Source: Octopus sinensis
Taxonomy: Eukaryota
Assembly (NCBI RefSeq): GCF_006345805.1
Contig: NC_043001.1
Span: forward strand, 25,482,001 to 25,546,000
Direction: 5' to 3'
DNA length: 64,000 bases
Below the pieces are notes generated by a model that ran no database searches, had not been told where the DNA came from, and worked only from the letters and a program-made list of their open reading frames with translations. The translations under genes were made by a program, and so were the position numbers. Shown piece by piece: positions 36,381 to 48,490 of the stretch (positions are counted from its first letter, which is position 1; each line of letters starts with the position of its first letter).

Positions 36381-38465
36381 ATATATATATATATATATAT
36401 GTATGTATATGTATATATACCTAATGCATTGTCACTTTTGTATTTGATTTTTTTTATCATGAGCATTGTAGACTATAGAGAGATAATAATTTACTTAACA
36501 AATCCTTCACCACTAATATCTCTCAGTGATCAAGCTGGAGAGGAAATGCTTAGATAATTCACTTGACTTAATAAAGTAGCCAACACATATACACATACTT
36601 AAGAACAAGAACAATGCATACTTAACACAAATAGAATAGTCATATAATGAAAGTTAACTAACAAGTAGTTTAAACCAGACCTAATACACTAGATTTAGAG
36701 TTGAATAGGTGGCCAGTAAATGGTGTTACAATGAACTAACTAGACTATAATTCATGAGCTGCTTGATTATTTATTTTCAAAGATTTCTTTTGTTTTTCTG
36801 AGGCTAACTGGTTAAATGCCACAAATACACAAAAATAGACATTTGTACATTGGAACATATCTGGTCACCAGCAAGTGTAGAAACAAACACATTGAGTGTA
36901 GATATAGAATTACAAAAAATGGATTTAATATTCATCCCACTACAGATTAGATTCACCATCATCATCATCATTTAATATCCGTTTTCCATGCTGGCACGGG
37001 TTGGATGGTTTAACTGAAAACTGGTAAGCTGGGGAACTGCACCAGGTTCCAATCTGATTTGGCATGGTTTCTATAGCTAGATGCCCTTATTAACACCAAC
37101 CACTCCAAGAGTGTAGTGGGTGCTTTTTACCTGCCACTGGCATGGGTGCCAGTTACGTAACACCAGCATTGGCTACGACTAATGATCTCGCATGCTCTTG
37201 AATTCCCTTGTCAAGAATCATCATTCTTCATCATCATCATTTTAACGTCTACTTTTCCATGCTCACATGGATTGGACAGAATTTTATTGAAGCAGATTTT
37301 CTACAAGATGCTCTTCTTATTGCCAACCCTCACATTCCTAAGTAAGATAATATTTTCCCATAACGAGACATGTTTTCACAGAAGATTTGGAACAAGGATA
37401 CTGCTTGCATTACAGTGGCAATCGTTTATGACTACCATGCAACATCAAGGCAAGGAGACAGTAACACACACACCACCTCCGAAATCCACTCACAAGGCTG
37501 TAGTAGACACAAGGCTCAAAGTGTCATACAGTGGGGTTGAACCCAGAATCATGTGGTTAGGAAGCAAATTTTTTTACCACACAGCCAAGCCTACACTTAT
37601 TTTGAGGCAATAAGATGATGTCCAGCTTTATCTTTTACTTAATGCTATATAACTAGAGTTACACACACCAGCCTTTAGAAATCTCTCAGAGCTTAGGAGA
37701 CAGTTTACATTACCATCAAGTATACACTTCTATATGTTTACTCCGATAAGGCAACAAAAAACTTTGCATTTAGATTTTGATTTATATTTCCCAATATCAA
37801 AATGGTTCAATCTTTTCCAAATTTTTTTTTTTACAGACACAATCTATTTTTTTTTCAATACAGCATTAAAATTTGCTACTTGGGTATTTATTGCCAATAT
37901 CACCATTGTAAAATAAACATTATGGTCAGTTTTGTGTAACCTGCTCAAAAAACTTTATCCAATTTTTTTTTGTTTAATGAAATAATAACTTATTTCATCA
38001 TCATCATTTAATAGCCGTTGTCCATGGGTTGGACAGTTTGACCAGGGCTGGTAAGCTGGAAGCTGCACCAGACTCCAGTCTGATTTGGCATGGTTTTCTA
38101 CAGTTGGATACCCTTATTTGTAAAATTAAAATTTGTAAACATTTCAAATAATCTATAAACAGTTATAAATAGATTTCAATAAACAGTGCAAGATTTTGCA
38201 GGTTAAAAAAACTTATTTAACTAGATCGTTTCAACCTCAAAGGAAACTCAACATTTGCTAATACTGCATAGAGTTACTCATGAAATTCCAGCTCACCTCA
38301 CTCACTCAAATATGTGGAAGGTAGGTTAGTGGGGGTGATTAGCTGCCACAAAACTTTAAGTAAACACAAATATACACACACAAAGAGAAACAGTACAGCT
38401 GTTTTCATAAAGTCTATCCAAAGTTCAGAAATTCTTTTTTAAATGGTTTCTAACCTAGGATTGTA

Positions 38466-38875
38466 TACTCTTTCACTTGTTTCAGTCATTTGACTGCGGC
38501 CATGCTGGAGCACCGCCTTTAATCGAGCAACTCGACCCCAGGACTTATTCTTTTTGTAAGCCCAGTACTTATTCTATCGGTCTCTTTTGCCGAACCGCTA
38601 AGTGACGGGGACGTAAACACACCAGCATCAGTTGTCAAGCAATGCTAGGGGAACAAACACAGACACACAAACAAACGCACATACATATATATATATATAT
38701 ATACATATATACGACGGGCTTCTTTCAGTTTCCGTCTACCAAATCCACTCACAAGGCATTGGTCGGCCCGGGGCTATAGCAGAAGACACTTGCCCAAGAT
38801 GCCACGCAGTGGGACTGAACCCAGAACCATGTGGTTGGTTAGCAAGCTACTTACCACACAGCCACTCCCGCGCCT
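38466..38875 (-). mobile_element. SINE family A, full length
   Basis: Reverse complement; shares diagnostic bases with 53951..54394. Confidence 0.85.
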
Positions 38876-39623
38876 TTAAGTACATAAAGTTTTCATTTTT
38901 TTCATGAAGTCAGTAGGGTTTCTAATAAAAAGTAATAATGATGCTATCCACAAATAACACAAAAATACAAGCAAACAAACAAAAACATGTTTAGATTCCA
39001 TTTTAAAAGAAATCTAAGTAAAATTCAATATTAAATACTGAGCAACAACAATAAAGATCTACTATTATGAACTAAATCAACTTGCATTTACAACTATATC
39101 AATATTTAGTACAAGCAGAACACATTTATAAAATTGCATGTAAACTGATTGTTTATACGCAATAAAAAGTTAATGTTGTGTAGTACAAACCAGTCTTGAC
39201 TGAGCATACTTATGACCAAACATTTCAGTGCACTAAAGTATGTAATATTTAAAGCAACTTTAGGATCCACAGTGATGTTTTTAAGACATTATTTTAGGGA
39301 AAAAAATGTGTTTTATATGCCATCAAATATGGTACAGGCTTTATGATTATCTTTATGATACAGAGGGACATAATAATTAATCAATTTAAATGAGATATAA
39401 AACTAATTTAACATACGTTAAAAGAAACTACTTTAGTAAATAGTTACATATATAGCAATCAGAAATTGTTTTGAGCTGTTATATGGGCTAGCAAAGTCAA
39501 AATGATTAATTTTATATCCGTTTCTTAATTGCTCTTAATTGAATTGAAAATAAATAAAATTTCAAACATAAATGGAGAAAAGATCTCATTACCAGATTTT
39601 GAGAAAATAAATAAAAACCTTAC

Positions 39624-39680
39624 CTTGTGCTGACATTTCCCCTCAGTGGGTAATTTCATCCATTCACTGTCATCAGCCAT
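39624..39680 (-). CDS. CKAP5: CKAP5 coding exon 1 (MADDSEWMKLPTEGKCQHK), 57 nt
   Basis: Manual translation matches the ch-TOG N-terminus (MGDDSEWLKLP...KCEHK); donor AAG|gtaagg. Confidence 0.95.
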
Positions 39681-39696
39681 AATTGTTTTCTAACAG
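39681..39696 (-). other. CKAP5: 5' UTR part of the start-codon exon
   Basis: Acceptor tttttctttcag| lies 16 nt upstream of the ATG, implying an upstream non-coding exon. Confidence 0.75.
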
Positions 39697-42163
39697 CTGA
39701 AAGAAAAATTCCAAAAACGAAAATTAATTTCAATTATCAGTTTTCAACTAAAATTATGTTATTTCATTTAAATTTGACTATGCAATATGAAAATAAACTT
39801 TTAAGATAATTTACAATTCTGAAACAAATGTTTTACAAAAGATGCTTAGAACAGAGAAACAATGGTTTGAGTGAGTCTCTCTTCTCTCAGAATAACATGC
39901 GATTTCTAACACAGAAAACAAAACTAAATAATGATATTGATTGACATGTATTGCTTCAAAGACACAAATCCACACACACTTCACTAGCATGAAGTTTAAG
40001 AAATAATGTGACAACCTGTATTCTCAACTATCTGGCACACTTACTGAAGAATCAATGACAGCAGGTAAACTAACAACTTATTCAAAGTTCTACAAGCTAA
40101 AGATTGGAGAAAAAAAAAAGGAAATGTTATACGAGATCTATAACTTCTTCATTGTCAAAACAAAAAGTGCTACTTGGAGAGTGTTGTGAAAATAATGAAG
40201 CTTAACAGATTTTCCCAACCTAAATAAATGACATACTGAACTGCAATCTCTTCTATGATAAATTTGCAAACGATCTACAAGTGACCAAAACTGATAAAGG
40301 TTCTTCAACAAACGTATCAGCCCTTGAAGGTAACAGATACCAAAATTTGCTCATTTAGAAAACAATTTGAGTGTGCAATATTTTGTTCAGGAAACAGAAT
40401 AATAATGTCAGCTCCTGCTGTAAAAACTCAAGCAGAAACCTCACACGAACCAATCACTTAGGAAGAAATTCAAGTAAGAGTTTACCCAGAAAATAATCTC
40501 AAAATCTTTCCTCAAACTTAGAAAAAAAAATGATTGTATTAAAGTTGAGAAATAAAATTCAATATTTATGATAATTTGGAGAAAACTTTATCTCAAAAAC
40601 TACAGAGAAAAAGAGAATACATTATGAGAAATATATATTTACATCAAACCTTTAATCTAACAAAGCAGGTAAACAAGCAATAATGCAACTTCACAAAACA
40701 TTGGATACTATGGAATAATAATTCTCAATAACAAGGAACATGATCTTTGTGGCATAGGTTAGTAGAATCATAAGTGCTATTGCATCTGGAAAAGGCATTA
40801 GTCTCATGTCAGTCTATAAAAACATTTACAAATAGCCAAAAAAACAATTATAGACAAATAATGTCTAAAACTTTACTGAAACAATAATTATCATTGGGGG
40901 TTGGGACTGAAAAATTCCACTGAAACAAACAAAGGTAAACCAGCCATTTTATGTGTGTGTGTGTGTATAAAGGTACATTTATATACAAATGTGCCATTAG
41001 CTTTCTTGTACATCACATTTAATGTTTTCTGTTGATCCAGTACCTTAATCTTTTTATCAGCTTTTCATTTGAAATATTTTCATCTGCACTTATACATACT
41101 CATTTAAACCATTCTTAGACTTACACTCATTAGACACACAAATATCTACACTATACATTTGTAGACACGTAAAGGGAGTGCATATGGGGGATGCATGTGG
41201 GGGGGTGCATGCACACATGCCATTAGCACATGGGAGGTGGGTTTCTCAAGATATTTACAATCCCTAACAAGTCAGTTTGCTAGGGCTCTTGTATAGTTGA
41301 GTTGCCTGTTATTATAAACTATTGTATTACAAGCCAACAAGGGGGCCTCTACGTAAGTTACTCAACCTGCTAGAAATAGCATCTAGCTCTTCCTCAGATC
41401 ACACCTTACCATCTTTTAAAGGAATATTGAATAATATAATCATGGATTCAAACTTCCTGTAAACAAAAACCCCAAAGAAAAATGGCCAGAATTGTCCCAA
41501 CTTTTACATCACTGATCATAGGTTTGTTAGAATTTAAATAACTATTGCTTTTTATCTTCTACTTGTTCAAGTCATTGGACTGTTGCCATGCTGGGGCACC
41601 ACCCTGAAGGGTTTTAGTCAAACAAATTGACACCAAGGCATATGTTTTTCTAAAGTCTGGTACTTATTCTATCAGTCTCTTTTGCCAAATTGATAAGTTA
41701 CAAGAACATCAACAAAGTGGTGGTGGTGGTGGTGGTGGGAAACAAATTCAACACAAACACAGACCCCCCCCACACACACACACACACATAACAGGCTTCT
41801 TTCAGTTTCTGTTTACCTAATCCACTCACAAGGCTTTACTCTGGTCAGCCTGGTGTTACAGTAAAAGACACTTGCCCATGGTGTCATGCAGTAGGGCTGA
41901 ACCCGGGACCATGTGGTTTCGGAAGCAAACTTCTTACCACACAGCCATACTTGCATATTGTTAATTGTTACTGCAAACAAAATGCATAGTGGCATTTATT
42001 TCAATTGTTTATATTCTCAGTTCAAATGTTGCACTTTGTCTTTCATCCTTTTGGGGTCAATGAAATAAATACCAGCTGAGCACAGAAGTCAATGTAATCA
42101 ATTTCCCAGTCACCTAAAATTGCTGGCTTTGTGTTTCCAGTAGAAAGGATTGTTATCATTATT

Positions 42164-42719
42164 GAGTGAAAGAGCAGTGCTGCCATCAAAGTGACACTGG
42201 GGTAAAATATACGAAGCCCAGTATACCCATTATGACTACCCGTCTGACAAGGGTACACCAGGCACATGCATCACAACTAGGTGTGTGCAACATGGTGATC
42301 TCATATCCAGACAAACAGCACATGACTTTGCAGGTGGGGCCCAGTTAGAATTTTCTTCTGGTCGAGTAGCCCATCCCACCCAAAAGGTCCCTGAATAAGG
42401 GTTGTTTAAGTATGTTGAACAAAACACCCATGTTTCCAAAGGTGAATTATTCAAACCCCAAAGAATCCCTCTCATCACATGGCTACGATGCTCCCCCACT
42501 ACTTCTGCTCATGATCAGAGATGCACATATCGTCAGCCACTAAGAGACATGCTCAACTGGTTAAGGTCAAACAACTGACAAACAAATCTGTGGTATTGAG
42601 CAGAATATTTGCTGTAGTCCATCTTTTATACCAAGACAAAACAATGTACATGATAACACTTCCAATCAGTTAAGATCAGAAGCCACGAGAGCCACTGCCT
42701 GGTACTGCACCAGGGCATT
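42164..42719. mobile_element. ~556-bp GC-richer interspersed repeat flanked by (ATT)n
   Basis: Sharp composition change; ATT repeats at both ends; terminal hairpin 42696..42717. Single copy in the window. Confidence 0.55.
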
Positions 42720-43554
42720 TATTATTATTATTATGATGTGGAGATAATTGTTTACTCTGCAAAAAGAAATAAATATTATCATTGTTTGCACATAGCAAAT
42801 AAACCACAACCATATTTACTTAATGAACTTGCTTTACATGAGATTGATCATAATGGAAACTAAATATATGTACTTACACCAACTATATCATTAAAATTAT
42901 TTTTAATTAACTATATCATTAAAAAATTTTTAACTATATCGTTAATATTTTCTTTTCAAAGATTCTAAATTGCATTTCTGATATTCAAATAATTAACATT
43001 TTAAAAATATTTTTTAATGCAAATGTAACCTTGATCCTAAAGAAATAAGAATATGAGGCACACTTCACATTAAAAAGTAGCAGCAGAAATATAAAATATG
43101 TGAAATACAATATTATCTTGTCTCCACCCAAAAATAAGATCTTTACATTTATCAGTTACTACCAAACTGATTCAGCAACTATTCCATGTATCCACTCCTC
43201 TCCTTTTCTTGTTTCCCAGTTAGTAGATAAGACACTAGCATTCAACAACATACTTCCTCTGAAGGAATTCAAAGGAATGAAAAAATATTTAGATTACATA
43301 CAAAAACCCGGGAAGTATGTGTGTAATTATATTTTCAGTTGCTTATAAAATCATTTTACCTGATGGAAAACCCAAAATAAATGGAAGTGATGTGCAAAAT
43401 CAAGAAGAAAAAAAGATTCAAGAAATCAAAAACTTTAAAGACATCTTAAGAGAAAGATTAAATATAGAGAAAGATTATGATGTGACATCATTACAAAAAT
43501 CAACATATTTTAAATTATCAAATATATCCTTCCAATTGGAATGTATTAAATGTT

Positions 43555-43583
<29 letters not shown>

Positions 43584-43586
<3 letters not shown>

Positions 43587-43747
43587 GCGCAGGAGTGGCT
43601 GTGTGGTAAGAAGCTTGCTTCCCAACCACATGGTTCCAGGTTCAGTCGCACTGCATGGCACATTGGGTAAATGTCTTCTACTATAGTCTTGGGCTGACTA
43701 AAGCCTTGTGAGTGGATCTGGTAGACAGAAACTGAAAGAAGCCCACC

Positions 43748-43805
<58 letters not shown>

Positions 43806-43952
43806 TTGCCCTCCCCCCACCCCATCACTTGATAACAAATGTTGGTACGTTTACATTCCCATAACTTAGCAGTTCAGCAAAAGCATCTGATAGAATAAGC
43901 CTTTAGGCTTACAAAGAATAAAACCTGGGGTCGTTTTGTTCAACTAAAGGTG
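43584..43952 (+). mobile_element. SINE family A
   Basis: Head TAGGCGCAGGAGTGG. Confidence 0.82.
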
Positions 43953-43980
43953 ACTGTAACAGGAAAAAAAATATATATAT

Positions 43981-45170
43981 ATCATCATGTTGGCATGGGT
44001 TGGTCGATTTGACTGAGGACTGGTAAGCCAGAGGCTGCACCAGGTTCAATCTGATCTGGCAAAGTTTCTACAGCTAGATGCTCTTTCTAATACCAACCAC
44101 GCTGAGAGTGTAGTGAGTGTTTTACGTGACACTGGCACAAGGGTCAGTCAGACAGTTCTGGCAATGACCACATTCAAAAGGTGTTTTTTTATGTGCTATC
44201 TGCATGTGAGCCAGTCCAGCGACACTGGCAACAACCCCGCTCCAATGCTTTCCATGTGCCACCAGCACATGTGCCGGTAGGGTGACTCTGGCAACGATCA
44301 CGCTCGATTGGTGCTTTTCATGTGTCACTGGCACAGGAGCCAATGCGTGGCCCTGGCAACAATCACGCTCGGATGTGCTTTTAATGTTCCACTGGCACGT
44401 GCCAATCAGGCGGTACTGTCATCAGCCACATCAGTGATTTTGCTTTGCTTTCACTTGCCTCAATAGGTCTTCACAAGCAAAGTTCATTGGCCAATGAATG
44501 AAGAGTATTCATAAGTGGGCTGATGCTGGCATGGGTTGAATGATTTGATTAGAAACTGGTAAACTCCAGTAATCTGATTTGGCAAGGTTTCTACATCTGG
44601 ATGCCTTTCCTAATGCCAACCACTCCAAGAGTGTAGTGGATGCTTTATATGTGCAACTGGCATGGGTGCCATTGCCCTGACACCAGCATTGGCCACAACT
44701 ACAGTCTCATTTGGTTTGACAGGTCTACACAACATACAGTATATTGCAAAAGGACTTGGTCACCGGTCACTGCCTCCATGAGGCCCAATGCTCAAATAGT
44801 GCTTTTTACATGCCACCAGCATGGGTGCCAATCAGATGGCACCGGCATCATCCATGACTACAATTTCTCTTGGCTTGACAGCTGTTCACAAGCACAGCAC
44901 ATTGCCCAATGTGTGAAGGGTGCTTTTAACAGGACGGTTATGCGACACTGGTATCAGCCACGACTATGATTTCACTTGGCTTGATGGGTCTTCTCAAGCA
45001 CAGCAAATCACCAAAGGTCTTGGTTGCTTGTCATTGCCTCTGTGAGGCCCAACATTTGAAGATCATGCATCACCACCTTATCCCATGTCTTCCTGGGTCT
45101 ACCTCTTCCACCGTTAGAGTGCAACACTTCTTCACACAGCTGTCCTCATCTGTATGCATCACATGACCAC
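43981..45170 (-). mobile_element. Two tandem family B copies, the second retaining the RTE ORF2 C-terminus
   Basis: 45170 to 44972 translates GHVMHTDEDSCVKKC...GRGRPRKTWDKVV...LGLTEAMT...EKTHQAK*. Confidence 0.8.
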
Positions 45171-45174
45171 ACTG

Positions 45175-47150
45175 ATTCTAGTGGTACAAAATAAGCACCT
45201 CTTAAGATCATCCAGTAGCAATGACTTCCAAAAAACCTTGAAGCCATCAACAGCCCATGCTTTTGCAAGTTGACTTAATATCCTTTTCTGCAGGTACAAT
45301 GTTGGTTCTTAAGTACAATATGGACTCGACAAATTCTATAGGGTTTTGTTTGCTTGTACTTATTGCACCCTTCCAATTACAGTAGAGTTTTGGGAGCCTT
45401 GATATAAAGGCCAATAACTTCTGCCACTTTTTTCATGTCTCATAGAAGAGTGGTAGCTTCTGAGACAGAATCTGCAAAGAGAGCAATATCAACAACATAA
45501 ACAACATCAGTTATTGATGTGGCTGGGTGACAAGGCATTGTAGATTTTGTTTGAGTGAAGCATAGTTCTTTAATTTTGTCCATTAAAGTGCAAAGAATAT
45601 AGTCCAGGTAGATAATAAATAGGAAAGGTGAAAGCATATCACTTTGCAAGATGCCTGCATTGATATCAAAGAACTTTCCTTCAAGTAATTGTACTTTAGC
45701 TTATGTTCTTGGAGAACATCATTACAGCTACTGCACTATTGCATCTTGTGGTATACCACATGTAAGAAAAATCTGTTCCATCTTGCATTACAGGACAGTC
45801 AAAAGATTTTGAGAGGTCTACAAACAAGTAAGACAGCTTGTAGCTTTTTAACCTTGTCTACCACAATGATTCTCCTAACTGTAAAGATCTAACAGTAAAC
45901 TGATTTTTTTTTTTCTGAACCTGTTTTCATTTCTGCATAAGACTTTCACAGTTCTGGCTATATATGGTTTAGCAACAAACAATCTGTTGTAGATTCTCAT
46001 TTGTCACTGTGAGAGGAAACCCTTTGTAATTTTTAGTCAAGCCTGAATTACCTTTCTTGAAAAGTAATTCAGGAATAATACAATCTTCAGACCACTTACC
46101 AATTACACTTTGACTGTATCCATGCTAGAAAATTGAAAGAGGATATCACTGAGGTTTGTCTTCCAGAATTCTTATGAAATATTATCAAACAGCTATCTTC
46201 CTCAGTGAGCTCATATAATGAAAAATCAGATTCATGCTTAATAGCAGTTCTTGCAGGTCTACTTGCTGGGAGATTAGCAAAGAAGTTTCTGAAATGTTCC
46301 TTTAATTGGTTTCTTGCAGACATATGGATTTTAGTTTCAATTAACATGTACTTTTCCTGCCACTTTTATTGGCAGTTTATCATGCCAAGGTAGATTGCTT
46401 GTTTGCTGCTGCTGTATGCACAATCAAATCTAATTTTACTTCCACTATATTTCTGTTGTGCATTTTTATAAGTGTAAAACTGTGCCAAGTTTCTTTTTTA
46501 AAGTTTGGTTGGCTTTAAACAGGTGGCACACTTCAATTGTTTGTGTTTTTCAGCAACTGCTTCAGATTCTCGTAGGATTTGATATCAGATGGAAAAGCAT
46601 TGCTGATGAGAGGCAACAAAATTGTTATCTGTTGCATTTGGAGAGTTGGTTTCAGTTTCTCCTTGCAATGTCAAACTTGCATCTGAAAGCAATAATGCAT
46701 TGTTGACATGCAGAGGAAATTCTTCCATCCAGAAAAAATTTTGAGATTTTCTGCTTAATTATATTCTAGTTGATAGTATATAATGGTCAAAACTAACTCT
46801 TCATACTTTAGTAAATCATTCCTCTCCTATTTTTATTTATGAATAAGTAATTAAGTTGAAGATTTGATACTGTTGGAACAGGTTATGCATCCATAGTTTA
46901 GATCTATTTTTGAAATGTGATTTTTAGGCATGGTAGGATATACTTTAATCTACTTATACCACAAGTACCTTTCAACAGCATCAAATCAAAACATTTTTTC
47001 ATGTGGTACATCTTCCATTTGCATTATATATTAGCAGTTCCCTGTCTGCTTGTCATGCTTAGTCAATGCTGCACATCTAACAGATGATATTCAACTTGTT
47101 CCTCTCCACTCATGGCAGACTACTTGAATTTATGCTGTTTCCGGCTATAC
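45175..47150 (-). mobile_element. Heavily degraded RTE-type LINE ORF2 (RT region)
   Basis: QSDMLSPFLFIIYLDYIL...ITDVVYVVDIALFAD (decayed QGD and YADD motifs); LKEHFRNFF; left boundary clearer than right. Confidence 0.72.
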
Positions 47151-48075
47151 AGTATAAAACATCCTATATTGCACACACAGTCTACTTTAAACCAGAAAAA
47201 AAAATGCTATACTGCCAATAAAATAATCAATTCCCTGAATTTCAACTATTCTCAAAAACTCTAGTCATTATACTGTCCTTGGTAGCTTTCGTTCACCTAC
47301 AAATTGTCTTATTAATACGTCAAATGAGTTACGTAAGAGCTATATAGCCATCAATCGATGGCTACTCCAATGCATAAGTGCACCTAAAAGTCTGATTCTC
47401 TGAATCCTTCCACATTTTGTAAAGATTACTTAAATTTCAGCTTGTTCCTTTCCTGCATTCCAGTCAAAGTGACTTGACTAATGAAGATAGAGTTTTGTAG
47501 CTCTAAACTGTTAGTAGCTAGTATCTTATCCATTACTGCATTCAATTTCATTCAAATCTACAAGTTCAGAATAGCTGCAGTTATTTTAAAGAGACTCATC
47601 AATCCTATCTACGTAATATAAAGACATCCTCCATCATTATCCAGTTCTGAAATCTTTTAGAATAGTCTCTATGACTAGAATGAAATGTATACATGTTCAT
47701 TCATACTGTTGAATCAGTTGCTTGCCAACTTAGCTATGAGGTTAGTTAGTCTAAAAACAAATCTATACGCCTTACCCAGAACTAATACACAATAACTATA
47801 CTACAAATTTAAGTTTTATATTAAAAAGAATCTACAAAATAGCATGTGTATCAAAGAAAAAAAATGATCATAAACTCCATAATACAACTAAAACATTAAA
47901 ATAACTGCTTAATTTGCAGAAAAATAGTAGATAATTCTATAGTACTCAAACTAATAGTCAGCAAACACGATGAGGTGTAATGTAGAAATCAAAGATAAAG
48001 TTAGTACAAGCTTGAAAGATAACCTCTCCTTAGCTTAACTATTATACTATTGCTCTGATGTTGAGAAAGGTTTAA

Positions 48076-48265
48076 CCCTTTTGTCACCATATTTCTGTTA
48101 AAACACACTGCCCCTATTCCAATTAATTCTAAAAATAATGGAAAATTTAGTCAACTTCATCACTAACAAGCTGTTTGGAACATGAATTAACATGGAATTT
48201 TGATGGAAGGTTTTAATTAAGGTAATTCTAAGCAGCAAGTTTCAGGTGGGTTGATATCAAAAGGG
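48076..48265. mobile_element. piggyBac-like MITE, subfamily 3
   Basis: TTAA|CCCTTTTG...CAAAAGGG|TTAA. Confidence 0.82.
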
Positions 48266-48269
48266 TTAA

Positions 48270-48490
48270 CCCTTTAGTGTTCAGATTACTTTGTTAAATG
48301 TAATACTTTTTTCACTCAAATCGTTTTGAATTAATCATGCATTATGTTATAGCTTTGAAGTTCAATGGTATGATAGTTTATTCTTAGAATGTCAATGTAG
48401 GTTAGGTGTGAGAGGCTAAATATGGCCAGTTTGAATTTAAAAACATGTAGGATATTTGGGCCGGATATGGCCGGCTTAAACACCAAAGGG
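48270..48490. mobile_element. piggyBac-like MITE, subfamily 2
   Basis: TTAA|CCCTTTAG...CCAAAGGG|TTAA; shares its left TTAA with the neighbouring MITE. Confidence 0.85.

Noticed and set aside
39639-39641. Gly at residue 14 (LPTEGK) where homologs are usually polar or acidic; also NLK for NPK in exon 8
   Set aside because: Single substitutions that cannot be separated from polymorphism or sequencing error without reads.
42696-42717. Resemblance of CCTGGTACTGCA to the U2 snRNA 3' stem
   Set aside because: Only about 12 nt; the rest of U2 is absent.
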